A DNA stretch of 64,000 bases from contig JACPMK010000002.1 of NCBI GenBank assembly GCA_016186115.1, forward strand, positions 72,983-136,982, read 5' to 3'. Below, one piece after another: positions 59,608 through 64,000 of this stretch; the stretch's first letter is position 1; each line of letters begins with the position of its first letter. The translations under genes were made by a program, and so were the position numbers. The notes beneath the pieces were generated by a model that was not told where the DNA came from, did not search any database, and worked only from the letters and a program-made list of their open reading frames with translations. This DNA comes from Candidatus Wildermuthbacteria bacterium (GTDB lineage: Bacteria; Patescibacteriota; Minisyncoccia; Minisyncoccales; UBA10102).

Positions 59608-60120
59608 TTATTTTATTACTGAATAAGTTAGCGAAAGCGTATTCTCGTTCAGATGTTCGACATTTTCGAGGAGCAATTTTTGGTCAATATCTTCATTGAA
59701 AAGCGTAATTCCCTTTCCAAACAGGATTGGTTCGATAGAAAGATATAATCGATCCACTACACCTGCTTTGAGAAACATTGTGTAAATTGTTGATCCCCCA
59801 ATAATTGCAATATTTTCGTATCCCCTGCTTCGTAAATCAGTTATGAGTTCTGCCGGTGGCTTTTGGGTGGTTTCGATATTGTGGCCAGCAAATTGTTCGG
59901 GATTGCTTGTATACACAACATTCAAACGATTCGGCATTCCCCTTTTCATTTTTTCATATAGCAAAGAATAGCTCGTCGAGCCCATCACCACAACAGCGCC
60001 GCGTGTTTTTGTACGAAAAAATGCTGCTTCTTCTGGACTTGTCCATTCAAGAGAAAAGTGACGCGTGTGTCTCGCAATAAATCCGTCTGCGGTAAGCGCA
60101 GCAATGATAAATGTTTTCAC
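59608..60120 (-). CDS. Dihydrofolate reductase-like (RibD C-terminal family)
   Basis: MKTFIIAALTADGFIA, IIGGSTIY and its context next to thyA. Confidence 0.7.
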   Translation of the reverse strand: MKTFIIAALTADGFIARHTRHFSLEWTSPEEAAFFRTKTRGAVVVMGSTSYSLLYEKMKRGMPNRLNVVYTSNPEQFAGHNIETTQKPPAELITDLRSRGYENIAIIGGSTIYTMFLKAGVVDRLYLSIEPILFGKGITLFNEDIDQKLLLENVEHLNENTLSLTYSVIK

Positions 60121-60209
60121 AAGTACAATGCTAATCTGCGAATCTTATACGAATGCTACGAATTGGGAATTGCTTTCCCGGGAGATCTTATGGTATGGTA
60201 TCATAATCT

Positions 60210-61160
60210 ATGCCCAATACTCAACACCCCGAATACCAATATCTCAACCTGTTAAAAGATATTCTTAAGAACGGCGCAGTCAAACACGAACACAACACGG
60301 GTATTGAAATTAAAAGCGTATTCGGACGGCAAATCCGATTCGATCTGTCACGAGGATTTCCTCTTTTGACCACGAAAAAGGTATTTTTCCGCGGCATCGT
60401 CCACGAACTTATCTGGTTTTTGCGAGGCAGCACAAATATAAAATACCTTGTAGATAATGATGTGCATATATGGGATGACTGGGCATACAAAAGCTATAAG
60501 GCAGCAATGGAGCGAAATGAAGTTCCACAAGTATCTCAAGAGGAATTTGCCCAGAAAGTGAAGGAGGATAACGCTTTTGCTCAAAAGTGGGGAGAATTGG
60601 GCCCGGTATACGGACGACAATGGCGAAAATGGAAGGCATCTGACGGCAGAGAAATTGACCAATTGTCGTGGATCATTCCAAAACTTCAATCCCATCCGGA
60701 TCGAAAACACTACATAGTATCTGCGTGGAACCCAGAATACATTTATGAAATGGCAGCGACCCGTGATCAGGCGATGGCGCTTCCTCCCTGCCATACATTA
60801 TTTCAATTCTATGTGGTAAATGGAAAATTGTCGCTTCAGCTTTACCAACGCTCTGCTGACATGTTTCTTGGAGTACCGTTTAATATCGCAAGCTACGCTC
60901 TGTTTACTCGTATCATGGCGCAGGTAACTGGATGGCAACCGGGAGAATTTGTGCATACCTTTGGCGATGCGCATATTTATTCAAATCACTACGACCAAGT
61001 ACAAGAACAGGTTGCTCGAGAACCCAGACCATTTCCTGTTCTGAAACTAAACCCAAAAATAAAAAACATCGACGACTTCACGTTCGACGATATTCAGATT
61101 GAGGGATATGATCCCTGGCCTCCAATTAAAGGAGAGATAACCGTCGTCGGCGGATTCTAA
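60210..61160 (+). CDS. thyA: Thymidylate synthase (ThyA, long form)
   Basis: [21 protein letters not shown] and DAHIYSNH are present. Confidence 0.95.
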   Translation: MPNTQHPEYQYLNLLKDILKNGAVKHEHNTGIEIKSVFGRQIRFDLSRGFPLLTTKKVFFRGIVHELIWFLRGSTNIKYLVDNDVHIWDDWAYKSYKAAMERNEVPQVSQEEFAQKVKEDNAFAQKWGELGPVYGRQWRKWKASDGREIDQLSWIIPKLQSHPDRKHYIVSAWNPEYIYEMAATRDQAMALPPCHTLFQFYVVNGKLSLQLYQRSADMFLGVPFNIASYALFTRIMAQVTGWQPGEFVHTFGDAHIYSNHYDQVQEQVAREPRPFPVLKLNPKIKNIDDFTFDDIQIEGYDPWPPIKGEITVVGGF

Positions 61161-61181
61161 TACAAATCCTAGACATCATTG

Positions 61182-61209
61182 TTGACTTTGCAATCTGTTA
61201 CTTTATGAT
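61182..61209 (+). promoter_or_regulatory. Candidate promoter of a mini transcription unit
   Basis: TTGACT-N16-TATGAT. Confidence 0.5.
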
Positions 61210-61240
61210 ATGATTACCGTTTAGAATAGGAGGGAAAATC

Positions 61241-61303
61241 ATGCCATTAGGACATCCCGTGTGGATTATCCTTATAAAAACCCCTCATAGAACATTTCAA
61301 TAA
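61241..61303 (+). CDS. 20-codon mini-ORF
   Basis: AGGAGGG lies 6 nt before the ATG. Translation: MPLGHPVWIILIKTPHRTFQ. A terminator follows immediately. Confidence 0.3.
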   Translation: MPLGHPVWIILIKTPHRTFQ

Positions 61304-61306
61304 ATC

Positions 61307-61350
61307 GCCCCGGCGTGAATTCGCAATGAATTCAGCCGGGGCTTTTGTGT
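61307..61350. terminator. Strong bidirectional terminator
   Basis: GCCCCGGC-G-TGAATTC-gcaat-GAATTCA-GCCGGGGC followed by TTTTGTGTTATTTT. It lies between convergent units. Confidence 0.8.
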
Positions 61351-61354
61351 TATT

Positions 61355-62623
61355 TTAACCCTTACCCCACGGGGTCGGCTGTGGGGTGGGCTGCGATGGG
61401 ACCAACCATTGGCTGATCATATCTTTTGATCGGACCTTAGCCCCAGAAATAATCCCGGTGCTCTGTATCCTGCCGGGAAGCAGGGTAATCCCAACTCGAT
61501 CTTTCTCACCTCCTTTAAAACGTATACGCACTTCGGTCCATTCCGACCGAATGGTAAATTCTCCATCTCTAAAGTAAAGATCTGCAGAAAAGGAAGATCT
61601 TTCGTCTATCCACAGATATTTTGCTGTGGATTGATCGAATGTAGCATTGAGCTCTCCTCGAACTCCCCTAGGAACTTCTAGATTCAACCCCAAAGAATCC
61701 AGGTCTAGGCCTTCTTCTCCATTCGCACGAAGGTATAAGACAATGCCGTCTTCACTTAGTGACGAAACCTTCACCTCTAATGTACTTGGCTTAGGTGGAA
61801 CGGCGGTTTCAAGAAATTCCCGGAATGACCGCAGAGGAACGGCTACGCCGATGCCGTAATCTCTCCGGGCAATAACAACGCCTATCACTTCACCTTTAAA
61901 ATTCAGTAGTGGGCCTCCGGAATTCCCGTTGATGACTGGCGCATCAATCCGGGTTTCTTTTTTCGAGATGACGCTCACCATGCCCGAGATAATGCTTTGT
62001 TCTTCGCCGTAAGCATACCCGACCACAGCGATTGGAGATCCCTGTACAGGATCTGCAATCGCAAGCAAAAGAGGAGAAATCCCCTCGAGTGGTTCTTTGA
62101 GCTCGAGTTCGGCAAGATCTGCTTCCTTGTCAAATCGACGAATTCTTGCCAGTCCTTTTATTACGCCATCTTTGGCCTCTATCTGGATCGCCCACGGGGG
62201 CATATCATACACCACATGGTATGCAGTGATGACAACAGCACTTTTCTGCCCACATTGGCACAGGAATCCTGTGCCGCGAGTCCTATTGGTGTTGATACGA
62301 ACTATAGCAGGTCCTACTGTTTGCATGAGTTGCACGCCCACTGGCAAGGTGGGCGTAGGTATCGCAGTAGGTTGCTGCATCGAATTAAGTTGCGCCTGCA
62401 GCATGGCGATTTGCGCCTGTAACTGTTCTGCAATGCTTGGGGAAGGCGCAGGAGTTGCCGTAGGCGTAGCCGTGGGTACAGGTGTGGGACTGGGAGTTGA
62501 CGATGGCGTCGGCAGGATCGCAGTCGCAGTAGGCGTAGGCGCAGACGGAGCTGATTGAACCGAATTACACCCGACTACGACCAAAGATACCAAGATTAAG
62601 ATAACCACAAAACCGATTCTCAC
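61355..62623 (-). CDS. Lipoprotein trypsin-like serine protease (S1C/HtrA-like, no PDZ recognised) with a Pro/Thr-rich linker and an unknown C-domain
   Basis: I re-set the start to GTG 62623, preceded by AGGAGGGG plus 4 nt. The signal peptide and lipobox are MRIGFVVILILVSLVVVGC. The catalytic region contains ITAYHVV, DLAELEL and GNSGGPLL. Confidence 0.8.
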   Translation of the reverse strand: MRIGFVVILILVSLVVVGCNSVQSAPSAPTPTATAILPTPSSTPSPTPVPTATPTATPAPSPSIAEQLQAQIAMLQAQLNSMQQPTAIPTPTLPVGVQLMQTVGPAIVRINTNRTRGTGFLCQCGQKSAVVITAYHVVYDMPPWAIQIEAKDGVIKGLARIRRFDKEADLAELELKEPLEGISPLLLAIADPVQGSPIAVVGYAYGEEQSIISGMVSVISKKETRIDAPVINGNSGGPLLNFKGEVIGVVIARRDYGIGVAVPLRSFREFLETAVPPKPSTLEVKVSSLSEDGIVLYLRANGEEGLDLDSLGLNLEVPRGVRGELNATFDQSTAKYLWIDERSSFSADLYFRDGEFTIRSEWTEVRIRFKGGEKDRVGITLLPGRIQSTGIISGAKVRSKDMISQWLVPSQPTPQPTPWGKG

Positions 62624-62654
62624 GTTTCCCCTCCTATAGCTATATTCAAGCTCT

Positions 62655-62682
62655 ATAATACACTTTTTTTCTGATCTGTCAA
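62655..62682 (-). promoter_or_regulatory. Candidate promoter of the protease gene
   Basis: TTGACA-N16-TATTAT in the 80-nt gap after rplK. Confidence 0.55.
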
Positions 62683-62703
62683 TGAGTTGAATGAGATCAG
62701 ATT

Positions 62704-63126
62704 TCACTCAACTTGGATGCCAAGGGATTTTGCGGTGCCGGCGATAATCTTTTTTGCTTGTTCCAAATCTTCGGTATTTAAATCGGACATTTTCTGCTTG
62801 GCAATTTCTTCCAACTGATTCTTTGTGATTTTCCCTATCATTGTTTTATTGGGATTGGCCGAGCCTTTTTCGATACCGGCCGCTTTTTTTAACAATTCTG
62901 CCGCAGGGGGTTGATGCAACGCAAATTGAAAAGACCGATCCTCATAGATAGTAATATCCACGGGAATTTTAAAACCCTGCTTGTCTTTGGTTGCCTCATT
63001 AAATTTTTGGATAAACTCCCCAAGATTAATTCCGTGCTGGGCCAGAGAAGGGCCCACCGGAGGCGCAGGAGTTGCTTGCGCAGCAGCGATATGAAGTTTT
63101 ACAACTGCTTTAATTTTCTTTGCCAT
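62704..63126 (-). CDS. rplK: 50S ribosomal protein L11
   Basis: [34 protein letters not shown]. Confidence 0.95.
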   Translation of the reverse strand: MAKKIKAVVKLHIAAAQATPAPPVGPSLAQHGINLGEFIQKFNEATKDKQGFKIPVDITIYEDRSFQFALHQPPAAELLKKAAGIEKGSANPNKTMIGKITKNQLEEIAKQKMSDLNTEDLEQAKKIIAGTAKSLGIQVE

Positions 63127-63671
63127 TATAATTTCTTAATTTGTAGTGAGTCCAATTCGACAGGGGTGTCACGGCCAAACATATTCACCAAAACCTTCAC
63201 CCTTCCCTTGGCCTTGTCGACTTCTGATACCTTGCCATCAAAATCTCTGAATGGGCCATCCGTTACCTTCACTGCGTCTCCGGGCGCTACCTCAATTTGG
63301 TATTGCGGCACCTCGGTTCCCATCCGTTTAATCAAATCGTCAATCTCTTCCTTTGCGATCGAAATGGGGGTGGTTCCAGAACCAACGAATCCCGTGACAT
63401 TGGGAGTATTGCGGACAACATACCACGAGGTATCGTCTACGGACATTTCAACCAATACATAGCCCGGATAAATCTTTTCTTCGACGATCTTTCTTTTGCC
63501 ATTCTTAATTCTGATCTTTTTTTCTTTTGGAACAATCACTTGAAAAATTTTATCTTCCATACCCAAACTTTCAATCCTCTGTTTGAGGTTTCGGGCTACC
63601 GCATCTTCATATCCTGAATAGGTGTGAATAACGTACCAGTTTCTTTGCTGTTGGACTTGCTGTTTTGGCAT
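63126..63671 (-). CDS. nusG: Transcription termination/antitermination factor NusG
   Basis: [11 protein letters not shown] plus the KOW motif [18 protein letters not shown]. It shares a TAATG overlap with rplK. Confidence 0.95.
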   Translation of the reverse strand: MPKQQVQQQRNWYVIHTYSGYEDAVARNLKQRIESLGMEDKIFQVIVPKEKKIRIKNGKRKIVEEKIYPGYVLVEMSVDDTSWYVVRNTPNVTGFVGSGTTPISIAKEEIDDLIKRMGTEVPQYQIEVAPGDAVKVTDGPFRDFDGKVSEVDKAKGRVKVLVNMFGRDTPVELDSLQIKKL

Positions 63672-63680
63672 ATCTCTGTA

Positions 63681-63875
63681 TTACCCTATGATTAACTTAT
63701 CGCGAACAAAACTAAATAATACATCAAAAAGTCCAAGAAAAATTGCTACTGCCACAGAAAAAACAACCACTATAAGAGTGTTAATCATTGTTTCTCTCGA
63801 AGTCGGCCAGTTTACTTTCTTTACTTCAATTCGAACTTCCTGAAGAAATTGAGTAATTGTTTGAAAAGAAATCAT
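63681..63875 (-). CDS. secE: Preprotein translocase subunit SecE
   Basis: VRIEVKKVNWPTSRE followed by a single TM. It lies upstream of nusG. Confidence 0.85.
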   Translation of the reverse strand: MISFQTITQFLQEVRIEVKKVNWPTSRETMINTLIVVVFSVAVAIFLGLFDVLFSFVRDKLIIG

Positions 63876-63963
63876 ATCTAAATCTAGGGTCTTAAAAACG
63901 GCCTCGCGCGGCCATAACCCACGCTACCAGGAATACTCTTAAATGTCAAGATTCTGCACGGTT

Positions 63964-64000
63964 TTAGCGTAGGTTTGGATGAATTTCTTTCGCGGCAGCA
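63964..64000 (-). CDS. 3' end of an unidentified gene entering from beyond the window
   Basis: An open frame reads ...AAAKEIHPNLR then TAA. It is too short to identify. Confidence 0.2.
   Translation of the reverse strand, partial: AAAKEIHPNLR

Noticed and set aside
60121-60209. Divergent promoters and a possibly leaderless thyA (TATGGT or CATAAT close to the ATG).
   Set aside because: Several overlapping weak -10/-35 candidates give ambiguous spacing, so I cannot choose among them from sequence alone.
63895-63960. A possible promoter (TTGACA-N17-TAGCGT) and a small GGCC hairpin upstream of secE.
   Set aside because: The -10 is poor and the stem is only 4 bp. This is too weak to report as a feature.
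1-64000. CRISPR arrays, rRNA genes, transposases, integrases and reverse transcriptases.
   Set aside because: I saw no regularly spaced direct repeats with unique spacers. The heptamer arrays are contiguous and under 70 nt. No ORF shows DDE, tyrosine- or serine-recombinase, or YxDD motifs. No rRNA-like conserved stretches were seen.

Overview
This is a gene-dense bacterial chromosome segment of roughly 40% GC by eye. Intergenic gaps are tiny, many adjacent genes share 1-4 nt start/stop overlaps, and most genes are on the minus strand.

The housekeeping core includes fmt, efp, dnaX, cysS, dnaB, recR and rplU. It also holds the dcw head (mraZ-rsmH-ftsL-ftsI), rplJ-rplL, and a tRNA-Tyr/tRNA-Thr/rpmG/tRNA-Trp/def/pcm string. 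Further along are trmD/KH/rpsP/rnc/nusB/rpmF/rnhB, dnaE-thrS, miaA, gatB, a compact dTMP module (tmk, dCMP deaminase, dcd, DHFR-like, thyA) and secE-nusG-rplK.

The style of the segment and the lack of rplA after rplK and of rimM before trmD fit a reduced Patescibacteria/CPR (Parcubacteria-like) genome. That placement is inference only.

I hand-folded six tRNAs: Gln-UUG, Glu-CUC, Val-CAC, Trp-CCA, Thr-GGU and Tyr-GUA. I also found several sub-60-aa genes missing from the ORF track, including rpmG. There is no rRNA, CRISPR array, transposase or reverse transcriptase.

Accessory or unusual content, from start to end:
- A CBS-CBS-HPF-like fusion sits next to efp.
- A more GC-rich 1807-aa secreted protein combines an M23-like peptidase and a CE4-like deacetylase with duplicated modules.
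- A metal island carries a CsoR-type operator, a CPH-type P1B ATPase and small membrane or Cys-rich ORFs.
- An AT-rich orphan patch at tRNA-Gln holds an HTH/LAGLIDADG-like gene, a structured GC-rich element and a stand-alone small transcription unit.
- A membrane-anchored Clp/Hsp100-like ATPase has a degenerate first ATPase module.
- A family of degenerate heptanucleotide arrays is inserted in frame into cysS, trmD and rnhB, with a separate 7-mer array in fmt.

All protein calls come from reading motifs in the supplied translations. No database search was run.
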